Assembly (NCBI RefSeq): GCF_964194155.1
Contig: NC_135901.1
Span: forward strand, 25,296,001-25,360,000
Source of the DNA: Cetorhinus maximus
Lineage: Eukaryota
Direction of reading: 5' to 3'
Length of the DNA stretch: 64,000 nt
Shown here: in pieces, positions 1-12,409 of the stretch
Layout of the letters: each line of letters opens with the position of its first letter
Numbering within the stretch: position 1 is the stretch's first letter
The notes under the pieces: model-generated
The model's database searches: none
Told to the model about the DNA's origin: nothing
Seen by the model: only the letters and a program-made list of their open reading frames with translations
Program-made: the position numbers and the translations under genes

Positions 1-48
1 AGTCGGAGTATCTACAATATCTCTAATCAGTGTGACTGCCATGGGATC

Positions 49-870
49 TCAGCCAGTTGGCTGACTCAGTGAATCCTTTCCCACACTCAGAACAGGTGAA
101 CAGTCTCTCTCCTCTGTGTGAGCTCGCTGGTGCCTTCGCAGGCTGGATGAATCAGCGAATACCTTCCTACATTCAGAGCAGGTGAATGGCCTCTCCCTGG
201 TGTGAACTCGCTGATGTCTCAGCAGGTGGGATGACTCACTGAATCCTTTCCCACACAGACAGCAGATGAAAGGCCTCTCCCCGGTGTGAACTCGCTGGTG
301 TTTCCACAGGCTGGATGAGTGTGTGAATCCCTTCCCACATTCCTTACAGCTGAATGGCCTCTCTCCAGTGTGAACGTGTCGGTGTGTCCGTAGACTGGTC
401 GACCGAGTGAATCCCTTCCCACACACAGAGCAGGTAAATGGCCTCTCTTCAGCGTGAGCCATCTGGTGTCGCAGCATGTTGGTTAACCGAGTAAATCCCT
501 TCTTGCACACAGAGCAGATGAATGGTCTCTCCCCAGTGTGAACTACATGGTGATTCTGCAGGGTGGATGATTCACTGAATCCCTTCCCACAAACAGAGCA
601 GGTGAATGGCCTCTCCCCTGTGTGAACTCGCTGGTGTGTCTGCAGGTGGGATGAGCAAGTGAATCCCTTCCCACACTCAGTGCAGGTGAACGGCCTCTCC
701 CCAGTGTGAACTCGCTGATGTGTAAACAGGTGGGATGAGTGTGTGAATCCCTTTCCACACACGGAGCAGATGAACGGCTTCTCCCCGGTGTGAATCCGTC
801 GATGAATTTCCAGTGCAGACGGGGTACGGAATCCCTTCGCACACTCCCAACATTTCCATGGTTTCTCCAT
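49..870 (-). CDS. C2H2 zinc-finger protein A (9 tandem fingers, no effector domain seen)
   Basis: ORF MEKPWKCWECAKGF... with repeated CxxC-x12-HxxxH and TGE(K/R)PF linkers. Kozak context accATGg. A tenth finger is frameshifted at the C-terminus. Likely acceptor (ttttacAG) at 1231-1232 on minus. Confidence 0.9.
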   Translation of the reverse strand: MEKPWKCWECAKGFRTPSALEIHRRIHTGEKPFICSVCGKGFTHSSHLFTHQRVHTGERPFTCTECGKGFTCSSHLQTHQRVHTGERPFTCSVCGKGFSESSTLQNHHVVHTGERPFICSVCKKGFTRLTNMLRHQMAHAEERPFTCSVCGKGFTRSTSLRTHRHVHTGERPFSCKECGKGFTHSSSLWKHQRVHTGERPFICCLCGKGFSESSHLLRHQRVHTRERPFTCSECRKVFADSSSLRRHQRAHTEERDCSPVLSVGKDSLSQPTG

Positions 871-1504
871 GGTGAGGGTGTCCTTGTATCTCCCCAGGTT
901 CGACGCTCAGTTGAAAACTTGTCCACACACACAACATGAGTATGGTCCCTCTCTGCTATGAATGGTGTGTTTTTTCAGGCTGTGTAACTAGTTAAAGCTC
1001 TTTCCACTATTAGTGCACTGGAACACTCACAGTCGTGTGTGTGTGTGTGTCAGTGCTTTTCCAGTCACACTTAAGTTTAAAACCTTCTGAAGCACACAGA
1101 ACAGACAAACCTTTCTGCTTCTTGTTTCAAAAGCTGAAGACATTCAGCTCCCAATGAATCAGGTGACTGTCAGATTCTGATGTGATGTTTGGTTTGATAA
1201 TCTGTCTGCAAATCCTCCCCTTCTAATATCCTGTAAAAGGAGTTTACAAAAGTCATAACTGTCAGTATAGGATAGAAATTCAGAACACACAATTCTAGTT
1301 TCTAGGGATCATTCTTTCTTCTCTCTTTCTCCAAAATGCTGTAAATCTTGATCCCACAAACTCTCCCTCCATTCTCACTCTGCTGGTACTAATATACACC
1401 CTCCCAATTCTCCTGAAGGTGCCAATTCATGCTGATTGTCAGATCCATGCTTACAAATTCTATATATTTATTGGACAAAAATTAATGTAGTATAAAGTAC
1501 TGTA

Positions 1505-1722
1505 TTGCATGATACATGGGGCATGTGAGGACGAACTTTATTTAGGCAGTGAGCAGACATGACCTGGAACTTTCTGCCTACGAGCGTGGTGGAAGCAGAG
1601 TTGATCAATGATTTCAAAATGAAATTGGATGGGCACTTGAAGGAAATAAATGAGTGGATTCCTCTACAAAGAGGCAGCATGGACTTGAATGGACTCCTTC
1701 TGAGCCATCATGACTCTATGAC
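1505..1722 (+). mobile_element. CR1 LINE 3' remnant in the intron of gene A
   Basis: Typical CR1 3' motifs (gtggtggaagcagag...aaattggatgggcacttgaagg). Its inverted counterpart is at 3690-3920. Confidence 0.65.
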
Positions 1723-2099
1723 TGAAAATATATAACATAGCTACAGTTCAATATTACAAGACTAGAAATAACGATAAATGTACTTTATAACAGAACCATA
1801 AATAATAATCTAATATGTATCATATAACATTAGTCATATCTCTGTCTTATATTAATTAACTGTCCCCTTAAATGCCAGCCATCTCCTGGGGAAACTACCC
1901 CTCAAATTAGAAAAATTAAGAAAGAGACCATCCTTTTAGCCAGGCAAATAAATGTGTCAAGCTGAGGGAGCAAAGAATATCAATGTCTTTAAGAGAGAGG
2001 GAGACCTGAGCCAACCTTTCCAAAGTCTGCGCCCTCCCTGGATTCACTTCCTTTCCCTTCAGCTCCTGTAAGTCAACAATTAGAAAATAATTTCCCGAA

Positions 2100-3005
2100 T
2101 TAGAAAACAAATGGAAATGGGGAGAAAAGAAAGTGTTTTACTCACAAATGTTGCACGGAGGAGGGTGTTTTAACGTCTGTGAAGCTGAACTTTCATTCAG
2201 AGAGAGAGGAGTAGCAGCTTTGCTGGACAATAATAAGCAGGTCAGCAAACTCATTGTCCAACTTCCGCGTTCAAACAACGGGGAAAATCCGTGCTGCCAG
2301 AGGCACAAAGACCACATTCTGATTGGCTGGAGAACTAGTCCACTTCCGGTCCTCCAGCTCTTTCCATTGGTCAACCCCGTTCAATGAGGGAGCGTAACCA
2401 GAGTGCACGAGAGGCCGGGAGAGACTTTGACCTCCAGACGCGCTGAGCTGTTGTCCAATCCGCAGTAGTTTTCTCCTGTAACCAGGGCTATTGATCCTAA
2501 TGAGACATGTGTTGGGAACGCCCCTTTGAGTTATTATGACGTTCATATTGGAACACTGTCTGAATTAAACAATAGGTCTGACTCTGCTCCACGGTGACGT
2601 GCTCGGGTTTAGTCTGCAGGCCAGGCGCGCGGACACGGGAGCCCCACCCATTGTTTTTCCTTCCCCCCCCCCCCCCCCCCCCCGAGCCAACGTTTCCAGG
2701 CAACCCACTCGGCGAACTCCCCCTTCCCCCTCCTCCTACCCCCAGCTGGAGAGCGACCGCTGGCGGCAACTGCATTGCGCCTGCTCCCAACAGCTCGGTC
2801 AGCAGCGCTTTCTGCGCCTGCGTGCTGGGCTGCCGGCTGAGGGAGTGTGGAAGGAGTTTGCAAAATGTCTTTTCCCCTTATTTTGTTCCAAGTCATGTAG
2901 TTTGATTTTAAACAGCACAGCATTTGTTTTTACCTTGACAAACACACTAAAACTTCCTCCTCTGTTCAACATCTTTGAGTAAAACACTTTCTTTCCCCAT
3001 TCCCC
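2100..3005. promoter_or_regulatory. CpG-rich bidirectional promoter and first exons of ZNF A (-) and B (+)
   Basis: CpG enrichment, CCAAT boxes (gattgg ~2321, cattgg ~2365, ccaatc ~2455) and ETS-like cacttccggt at 2341. Donor GTGAGT on minus at 2140-2145. Lies between two divergent ZNF exons. Confidence 0.7.
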
Positions 3006-3257
3006 TGGTAAACACAGAGTCGTGGGATTCTGTAACTGGAATTAGTGCCAAATATGCTGTGGGGGGAAATGCTGGTGATTTTGTGGTGGAACCTGTTTTT
3101 TATCGAATGAGCTGGTTCAAGTCAATTTTGTCCTGTCTATTCAAATACTGTTTGTCTGTTAATGCATGCTTCACTTACGTTAATTTTAGTTTGATTGTTA
3201 CAGTAGAAGTTTGAAACTTTGTCCTTTGGTTTATTCTGTGGGTTGTCTGGGAATTTG

Positions 3258-3477
3258 AAACAAAAACAGAAAATTTTGGAAAACTCAGCATCTGTGGAGA
3301 GAAAGACAGAGTTAACGTTTCAAGTCCGTATGATTCGAAAGAAGACTGAAGAAGAGTCATATACGGACTCGAAACATTAACTCTGTTTCTCTCTCCACAG
3401 ATGCTGTTAGACCTGCTGAGTTTTTCCAGCATTTTTTGTTTTTGTTTCAGATTTTCAGCATCCGCAGTATTTTGCTT
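3258..3477. mobile_element. Short fold-back Penelope-like terminal-repeat element with hammerhead motif
   Basis: Inverted arms flanked by the 15-bp direct repeat ttgtctgggaatttg (3243-3257 and 3478-3492). CTGAAGA...gagtc/gactc...GAAA at 3346-3374. Confidence 0.8.
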
Positions 3478-4586
3478 TTGTCTGGGAATTTGTTTATTTT
3501 AAGGTTATCAGTCTCCATGGGGATCATAACAACAGATATATGTCTCGTGTTGTTATATGGTAGATAGATAAATTAGATATATTGTTGGTTCTGTAATAAA
3601 TTTCTTATGATTGCTAGTACTTGTAGTACTTCTAGCACTATTTCTTGTAATATAGTGCTGTGGCTACGTTATATATTTCCAGTCAAAGACTATTATGGCG
3701 CAGAAGGAATCCAATTGGAAACTCAGGCCCATGCTGACTCACTGTAGAGCAACCCAGTCAGTCCCATTTCCTTCCATATCTCCATTCTGCTGCAAGTTTA
3801 TTTCCTCCAAGTGTCCATCCAATTTTATTTTGAAATCATTGATCATCTCCACTTCCACCAGCCTCAGGTAGCGAGTTTCAGGTCATGGCTGCTCTGACTA
3901 AGAAAAGCTCTTCTTTACAACATCCTTGTGTCTCTAATTCAGTAATACAGTACTGTATTACACACATATTTAGTCCAATAAATATATATAGAGGCTAGCA
4001 GTCTGCGTGAAGCTTTTCAGATCCTTTTGTCTTGGACAGGGAGCGATAAGCGTGGATCTGTTGATCAGCATGAATTGGCGCCTTTAGGAGAATTTGGAGG
4101 GTGTATATTAGGTGCAGCAGAATGAAAATGGAAGGAGCAGGGATGGGGAAACAGAGATTTACAGCTTTGGGGGAATGAGTGAAGAAAGAATGTTCCATAG
4201 AAACGAGAACCATCTGTTCTGAATTTCTATTCTGTACTGACAATGATGACTTGTGTTAACTCCTTTCACAGATTATTGGAAGGGGAGGATTTGCAGACAT
4301 TTATCTCAAAACAAATATCACCTTAAGATCTGACAAAGTTACTCAATTCAGTGGGGCCGAATATCATCAGTTTTTGAATCTGCAGGAACAAGTGTTTCTT
4401 CTGTCTGCTTCAGAAGATTTTAAACATCAGTGTGAGCATTCCAGTGCATTGACTGTGGAGAGAACTTTAACCAGTTACACAGCTTGAAAAAACATTGCTA
4501 TTTACAGTGGGGAGAGACTGTACATGTGCTCTGTGTGAGGCTTCAGCTGATCATGCAACCTGGAGAGATACAAGGACACCTGCACC

Positions 4587-5267
4587 ATGGAGAAACCATG
4601 GAAATGTGGGGTCTGTGGGAAGGGATTCAGATCGCCATCTGCACTGGAATCTCATCGATGCATCCACACTGGGGAGAGGCCATTTACTTGTTCTGAGTGT
4701 GGGAAGGGTTTCATTCATTCATCGCACCTGCTGAGACACCAGCGAGTTCACACCGGGGAAAGGGCCTTCACCTGCTCTGAGTGTGGGAAGGGCTTCAGTG
4801 ATTCATCCAACCTGCTAACACACCAGAGGGTTCACACTGGGCAGAGGCCGTTCACCTGCTCTGATTGTGGGAAGGGATTCACTCAGTTATCCCATCTGCT
4901 GACACACCAGCGAGTTCACACTGGGGAGAGGCTGTTTACCTGATCTGAGTGTGGGAAAGGATTCAGTTACTTAACAAACCTGTTGAGACATCGGTGAGTT
5001 CATACTGGGGAGAGGCTATTCGCTTGTTCTGAATGTGGGAAAGCATTCATTGATTCATCCAGCCTGCTGATACACCAGCGAGTTCACATTGGGGAGAGGC
5101 CGTTCATCTGCTCCGAGTGTGGGAAGGGATTCAGTCGGTCAACTTGCCTGCAGAAACATCAGCGAGTTCACACTGGGAAGAGGCAGTTCCCCTGCTCTGA
5201 GTGTGGAAAGGGATTCAGCGGTTCATCCACCCTACTGAGACATCAGCAAGTTCACGACAGTTGGTGA
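4587..5267 (+). pseudogene. C2H2 zinc-finger gene B, 8 fingers, premature stops after finger 4
   Basis: ORF 4587-4943 ends at TGA replacing a Cys codon, with a second TGA at 4995-4997. Finger sequence continues in frame to TGA 5265-5267. Acceptor tttcacAG at 4270-4271. Could still make a 4-finger protein. Confidence 0.8.
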
Positions 5268-5489
5268 AGTTGGAGGGTCGGAGGGTTTTTTTCTGATAGA
5301 CTGGCCGATCTCATGACTTTGCTTCCAGTGGGCTATTGCTCTTTGAGCCTGGGAGTGTGCGTTCCCACAAAAATGATCCACAATAGCTGATGAAGGACAT
5401 TTATTTTATCCTGGATAGTAAATCGTATTTTCCCTACCACTGCAGGTAGATCTCAATTAAATACATTTGTCTCTGTTCCATTGAATCTC

Positions 5490-6265
5490 CAGCACAGGGC
5501 CAGGTCAGTTGGCTCAATAGGTCTATGTCAGTATTAATGCTCCACATGAGCCTCCACCCACCCCTCTTCCTCTCACCCCATCAGCATACCCTCTATTCCT
5601 TTCTCCCTCTTGTATGTATCGAGCTTCCTTAAATGTATGCATGCTATCCACCTCAGCCTGTGGTAGTGAGTCCCACATTCTCACCACTCACTGAATAAAG
5701 ATGTTTCTCAAGAAATCCCGACTGGAATATTGAACCTGTTCATAATCTTAAAGACTTCCATCAGGTCTCTCTTCAGTAGAGCCGCAGGTTGTTCAAATTT
5801 TCCTGAAGGTTAAATGCTCTCATTTCTGGTATTGTTCTTGTGCATCTTTGTTGCACTTTCTCCAGTGCCTCTATGTCCCTTTTCTAAATGGAGATCAGAA
5901 ATATTGACCATGCTGGCCATCTAGTTCGAACATGGTTCTAAACAGAGGTCCCACATATAAATGGATTCCATGATTTAGAAAAGATATGAAGCTGTTAGAG
6001 AGGGTGCAGAGGAGATTTATGAGAATGGCACCAGGGATGAGGGACTTCAGTTGGTTGAAGTGGAGCAGCTGAAATTTCCCTCTTTAGATCACAGTCATTA
6101 GGCCAAGAAAGAGGCCATTAACCCCATCGAGTCAATGCCAGTTCTCAGCAGAGCATTGCCCCGTTCTATTCCCGTATCCCTGCACGTTTATTTCCCTCAA
6201 GTGCCCATCCAATTTCCTTATGAAATTGTTCATCTCCTCCGCTTCCACCATCCTCTTGGCATTAT
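5490..6265. mobile_element. Cluster of degraded CR1 3' fragments in mixed orientation
   Basis: CR1 motifs: gagagggtgcagaggagattta on plus at ~6000; cacattctcaccactc and caagtgcccatccaattt on minus. Confidence 0.6.
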
Positions 6266-6802
6266 AGTTTTTTTGGGGGTCATTTAACCTCCAAATTTCC
6301 TCGCTCAATATAAATTTTTTTGTTAACCATCCAGACTTAACCATTCACGTAATGGGGGACAATTTAGTGATGTAACTCAGGGAACATTTATTAAGCAACA
6401 AAAGTCATACTTAACAAAGCTAAGCAGTGACTTTACTGGCTCAATGCGATACTTGCTTCCCGATTCAGCCTAGGGTGTGAGCTGACACGGGGTCTTCACT
6501 CTCTCTCTCTTTCTCGAGCCCTCTGGTCTTCTGCTTTCAGCTGACAAGCAGTTTCCACTTTAAAATTCAACACATTTGGCAGCTCAAAGCTGGTGATTTT
6601 TAACTCCTTTCAAACCACAAACCATGCACATGATCAGTGACGTTACTGATTCCTGATTGAATAGTGTGGTGTGTGATCAGGCCCTGATTGGTTTGGCTGG
6701 TGCATGATCAGATTCTGGTTGGTTTCTCGAGGGTGATGGTCATCTATTGATGTCATTTCCCATTGTGCCTTGACTGGCCCTCTGAGGTCAGCACATTACA
6801 GG

Positions 6803-7312
6803 TAGGACATAATTGCTCAGGAGAGAGCGTAGGGGAGACTTACAAAAATGTTGCCACGGCTTGAAGATTGCAGCTATGAGAAGAGATTCGATAGGCTAGG
6901 GTTGTTTTCCTTAGAACAGAGGAGGCTAAGGGGTGACCTATTTGAGGTGTACAAAATTATAAGGGGCCTAGATTGGGTAGACAGGAAATACTTGTTTTCC
7001 CTAGCAGGTCAATTACCAGGGGACTTAGATTTAAGGTGATTAGTAGAAGGATCAGAGGGGACATGAGGAAAAACCTTTTTACACAGAGGGTGGTGGGTGT
7101 CTGGACTTCACTGCCTAAGTTGGTGGTTAAGGCTGAAATGCTCAACTCATTTAAAAGGTACCTGGATCTGCATCTGAAGTGCTGTAACCTGCAAGCTACA
7201 GACCAGGTACTGGAAAATGAGATTAAAATGAGCTGCGAGTTTTTTTTTCTCTTTTTGGCAGACATGATGGGCTGAATGGCCTCTTTCTGCACCGTAACTT
7301 TTCCCTGGTTCT
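6803..7312 (+). mobile_element. CR1 LINE 3' fragment
   Basis: Translations SYEKRFDRLGLFSLEQRRLRGDL and RKNLFTQRVVGVWTSLP are the standard CR1 ORF2 C-terminus. Confidence 0.85.
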
Positions 7313-7698
7313 AGGTGTCAATTACTCGTGGGACCATCACTCTCATTATAAAGTTTCTGTCATTTCATTAAATTTTTTGACTTTCTTCTAAAATGACGGG
7401 GGACTTAGGATGGTTTTGATGTCTGCTTACTTGAGATAGAGCATGTGATGTCTTGTAACACAGGACTCATCAGTCTAGATGTCTAATTAATCTATAGGTA
7501 TTAATATCATATGTACTGTAGAAGTCTCATTAGAATAGACACTTATAAGTATGTTATTAGTTGAAAAAACTGCTTTGCCATCATATGTTTTTGTTGTACC
7601 TGAACATCCATGGTATAAATTAATTAAAAATGCAGAATCATTCATAGGCTTACAAAAATTACAAAGTTACAGAAATTACACAGTCTATATAAAATACC

Positions 7699-7790
7699 GA
7701 TAAAATCAGTGCTTGAAAGTGATCTATATAAAATCAGTCTTTGAAAGTGATCTATATAGAACACATATAAAATGAGTGCTTGAAAGTGAT
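7699..7790 (+). repeat. About 3 copies of a ~29-bp unit (taaaatcagtgcttgaaagtgatctata)
   Basis: Direct repeats visible. Confidence 0.7.
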
Positions 7791-8765
7791 TGGTGTGCTA
7801 AAGTTAAGGCAACAAGATTCACTTAAAAATATAACATGATATATTCCTAAGTAATAAAAATCAAGAGAACTTCATAGATACAAAGGCTAATTACAGAACT
7901 TAATTCTAAACTTACAGATTCAAAGATGAAGGAAAGTGACTGCTTCTTTTATAACATCACAAGTTAAACTGCACTAATTTAATTCACAGGATGAATGTTT
8001 TATCACCTGTTTTTCTTTGCATAATAGGTCTTTGAATCTGAGGGGTAATACAACTGGCCTAGCCTCTGAAAACCTGAGTAAGCCAGTTATCTAATTAACT
8101 AGTTGCAGTTGCAAGCAGAGCCTGTGTGAGTCCTGTTTTAAGGCTGGACTAAAACTCACCTTCTTCCAACCCTAACAGCAACTTTTAGTTAATTGCTAAA
8201 TGAAAGAAAGATTAGACTTTAGATATAATTTAACCCTTAAACTCCCTCAGTCACTAAACTCCAATTTAAGCACTCTACTACAGACAAATTCCCTGCTGTC
8301 TGTCCAGAATGAATCCATCTCATTAACAAATGTTGAGATTCAGGGACAGACTCAGTGCTCCAGTCCCTTTCCCTTATTCCTTATGGTCTGAAGCTCACCT
8401 CAGTCCCCATGGCCGGGTTCATGGTGAAACTGATGGTCCTGAGCTGCCTTTAAAAAAATAATCAGCAATCCAACTCATTGGTTACAATATTTAATAGAAC
8501 AAAATTGATCAAAGATTCAGGTAAAATATTCTCCAAGGTTTTCTGACATGGTGCAGTGATTGTTTCTGATGGTTTAATGGTGGTCACCATTACCTGGTGC
8601 AGCTCGGGTTTAGTTTATACCAATTCCTGTCCATTACTGAGACACTTTACCCTACCCTGATTCTCCATCCCAGAGAAAACTAGATTAGGGCCTTTAATGG
8701 TGACTCTGACAACCCAGCATGCATCGTGAGGCAGAATCAACCCTATCTAATAAACCACACAGCTC

Positions 8766-8890
8766 AATATAAAACAGTGAACATTCTCCGCAGACCCGAA
8801 TATAAAACAGTGAACATTATCCCCAGACCCAAATATAAAACATTGAACATTATCCCCCAGACCTGAATATAAAACAGTGAACATTATCCT
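8766..8890 (+). repeat. About 4 copies of a 33-34 bp unit (aatataaaacagtgaacattatccccagacc)
   Basis: Direct tandem repeat visible. Confidence 0.8.
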
Positions 8891-9130
8891 CCTGGATGCT
8901 GGAGCTGTGCTGATGGATTCAGACTGCGACAGTCCAATGTTCCAGTTGGGTTCATTCCAGGAACCAGATTTAAGGGGCTGGATCATTTCAGATGAGGATG
9001 TCCCTCTTCAAACTCGGCTCCTGTGAGGAACCGCACCAATGAGGCTCTGGAACACTACAACCAGAGTCACATGACCACCAGGTGTGTCATCGAGCAAAGC
9101 ATCACAATGTTGAAGATGTGTTTCAGAGTG
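8886..9130 (+). mobile_element. PIF/Harbinger (HARBI1-like) transposase relic
   Basis: Frameshifted translation ...SCADGFRLRQSNVPVGFIPGTRFKG/WIISDEDVPLQTRLL/RNRTNEALEHYNQSHMTTRCVIEQSITMLKMCFR. This resembles the Harbinger DDE motifs GSxHD, GDxGYPL and YNxxHxxTRxxIExxFGxLKxRFR. Confidence 0.75.
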
Positions 9131-9307
9131 GAATGGCTTGTTTAAACTGTTGTCCAAACTTCTGAGAAAATTTACCATTCCAGGGTAGTTTGAGGTAGAC
9201 CAGGTACTTCTCAGGTCTGAAAGTAGTGGCCAATGGCCCATTTACAAATTTGCACAATACACAGCAATCAATGCTACTGTGTCATGGTTACACAAGTGTT
9301 TTCCACT

Positions 9308-12300
9308 AGAAACATAGAAACTAGGATCAGGAGTAGGCCATTTGAGCCTGCACCGCCATTCATTATGATCATGGCTGATCATCCAACTCAGTAGCCTGCT
9401 CCCGCTTCCTCCCCTTTGATCCCTTTCGCCCCAAGAGCTATATCTAACTCCTTCTTGAAAACATACAATGTTTTGGCCTCAACAACTTTCTGTGGTAGTG
9501 AATTCCACAGGCTCGCCACTCTCTGCGTGAAAAAAATTCTCCTCATCTCAGTCCTAAATGGTCTACCCCATATCCTCAGACTGTGATCCCTGGTTCTGGA
9601 CTCCCCTATTGCAAGAACATCCTCCCTCAGATAAGGAGACCAAAACTGCACACAATATTCCAGGTGTGGTCTCACCAAGGCCCTGTATAATTGCAGCAAG
9701 GCATCCCTACTCCTGTACTCGAATCCTCTCGCTATGAAGGTCAACATACCATTTGCCTTCTTTACCGCCTGCTGCACCTGCATGCTTACCTTCAGCGACA
9801 CTTGTACAAGGACACCCAGGTCTCGTTGTACATTCCCCTCTCTCAATTTATAGCCATTCAGATAATAATCTGCCTTCCTGTTTTTGCTCCCAAAATGGAT
9901 AACCTCACATTTATCCATATTATATTGCATCTGCCATGCATTTGTCCACTCTCTCAACTTGTCCAAATCACACTGAAGCATCTCTGCATCCTCCTCACAG
10001 CTCCCCCTCCCATCCAGCTATGTGTCATCTGCAAATTTGGAGATATTACATTTAGTTCCCCCATCTAAATCATTAATATATATTGTGAAAAGCTGGGGTC
10101 CCAGCACCCGATCCCCGCGGTACCCCACTGGTCACTGCCTGCCATTCAGAAAAAGACCCATTTATTCTTACTCTTTGTTTCCTGTCTGCCAACCAGTTTT
10201 CTATCCATCTCAATACACTGCCCCCAATCCCATGCGCTTTAATTTTACACGCTAATCTCTTATGTGGGACTTTGTTGAAAGCCTTCTGAAAGTCCAAATA
10301 AACCACATCCACTGACTCCCCCTCACCAACTCTACGAGTTACATCCTCAAAAAACTCCAGTAGATTTGTCAAGCATGACTTCTGCTTCGTAAATCCATGC
10401 TGACTCTGTCTGATTCTGCCACTGTTTTCCAAGTGCTCAGCTATTAAATCTTTTATAATGGGCTCTAGAACTTTCCCCACTACTGACGTCAGGCTGACTG
10501 GTCTATAATTCACTGTTTTCTCTCTACCTCCCTTTTTAAATAGTGGGGTTAAATTAGCTACCCTCCAATCTGCAGGAACTGTTCCAGAGTATCTAGAATC
10601 TTGGAAGATGACCACCAATGCATCCACTATTTCTAGGGCCACTTATTTAAGTACCCTGGGATGTAGATTATCAGGCCCTGGGGATTTATCGGCCTTCAAT
10701 CCCATCAATTTCTCCAACACCATTTCCCCACTCATACTGATTTCTTTCAGTTCTTCCCTCACACTAAACCCTGTGTTCCCCAAAATTTCTGGTATGTTAT
10801 TTGTGTCCTCCTTTGTGAAGACAGAACCAAAGTATTTATTTAGTTGGTCAGCCATTTCTTTGTTCCCCATTATAAATTCCCCTCTTTCTGACTGTAAGGA
10901 ACTACATTTGTCTTCACCAATCTTTTTCTCTTCACATACCTATAGAAACTTTTACAGTCAGTTTTTATGTTCCCTGCAAGCTTACTCTCGTACTCTACTT
11001 TCCCCTTCTTAATCATCCCTTGGTCCTCCTTTGCTGAATTCTAAAGTGCACCCAATCCTCAGGTCTGTTGTTTTTTCTGGCCAATTTGTATGCCTCTTTC
11101 TTGCATTTAATACTACCTCTAATTTCCCTTGTAAGCCATGGTTTGGCCACGTTTCCTGTTTTACTTTTGCTCCAGACAGGAATAAACAATTAGATAAAAG
11201 CAAAATACTGCGAATGCTGGAAATCTACGCCCTTTGAATGATTGCCATTGCCTATCCACCATCATCCCTTTAAGTAACGTTTCCCAATCCATCTTCGCCA
11301 ACTCGCATCTCATACCATTGTAGTTTCCTTTATTAAGATTCTGGACTCTAGTCTCAGAATCAACTACGTCACTCTCCATCTTGATGAAGAATTCTATTAT
11401 ATTATGGCCGCTCATCCCCAAGAGGCCTCGCACAACTAGATTGCTAATTATTCCTTTCTCATTACACAATACCCAGTCTCGGATGGCCTGTTCTCTAGTT
11501 GGTTCCTCAACGTATTGGTCCAGAAAACCATCCCGTATACACTCCAGGAATTTCTCCTCTACAGTATTGTTACTAATTTGATTTGCCCAATCTATATGCA
11601 GATTAAAGTCACCCATAATTAGATGTTCCTTTGTTGCATGCGTCTCTAATTTCCTGTTTAATGCCATTCCTAACATCACCATTACAATTTGGGGGACTAT
11701 ATGCAACCCCACTAACGTTTTTTGCCCCCTACTGTTTCTCAGCTCTACCCATACAGATTCCACATCATCAGAGCTAATATATTTCCTCACTATTGTGTTA
11801 ATTTCCTCTTTAACCAGCATTGCGACTCCACTGGCTATTCCTTTTTGTCTGACTTTCCTAAATACTGAATACCCCTGGATGTTCAGTTCCCATCCCTGGT
11901 CACCCTGCAGCCATGTCTCCATAATCCCAACTATATCATACCTGTTTACATCTATTTGCGTGGTTAATTCATCCACTTTATTGCGAATGCTCCTCGCATT
12001 AAGGCACAAAGCCTTAAGACTTGTCTTTTTAACATTATTGTCCCGTTCCCACTATTTTTCCCTGAGGCCCTGTTTGATTCTTGCCCTTGATTTCTCTGCC
12101 TATCACTTTTCTTATTCCCCTTTCTGTATTTTGTTCTTGTCCTTGATTCCCCCTCCTCTGACTGCTTGCATAGGTTCCCATCCCCCTGCCATTGTAGTTT
12201 AAACCCTCCCCAACCACTCAAGCAAATATTCCCCCTAGGACATCAGTCCCGGTCCTGCCCAGGTGTAACCCGTCTAGTTTGTACTGGTTTCACCTCCCCC

Positions 12301-12406
12301 AGAATTGGTCCCAATGTCCCAGGAATCTGAAACTCTCCCCCTCACACCATCTCTTCAGCCACGTGTTAATCCGTTATATCCTGCTATTTCTACTCTGACT
12401 AGCACT
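9308..12406 (-). mobile_element. Long CR1 LINE: end of ORF1 (SGNH/esterase-like) plus disrupted ORF2 (APE endonuclease and RT)
   Basis: CLNARSIRNK...GDFN (11161-12009), NYRPVSLTS...YLDFQKAF...SGVP (10073-10642), LVRPHLEY (9388-9981). The ORF1-like WLKRWC...FRFLGHWDQFW...DGLHL lies at ~12230-12400. Confidence 0.92.
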
Positions 12407-12409
12407 AAC

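Noticed and set aside
4941-4943. TGA at a zinc-ligand Cys as possible selenocysteine recoding
   Set aside because: A second TGA follows at an Arg codon, I identified no SECIS, and other signs of decay are present.
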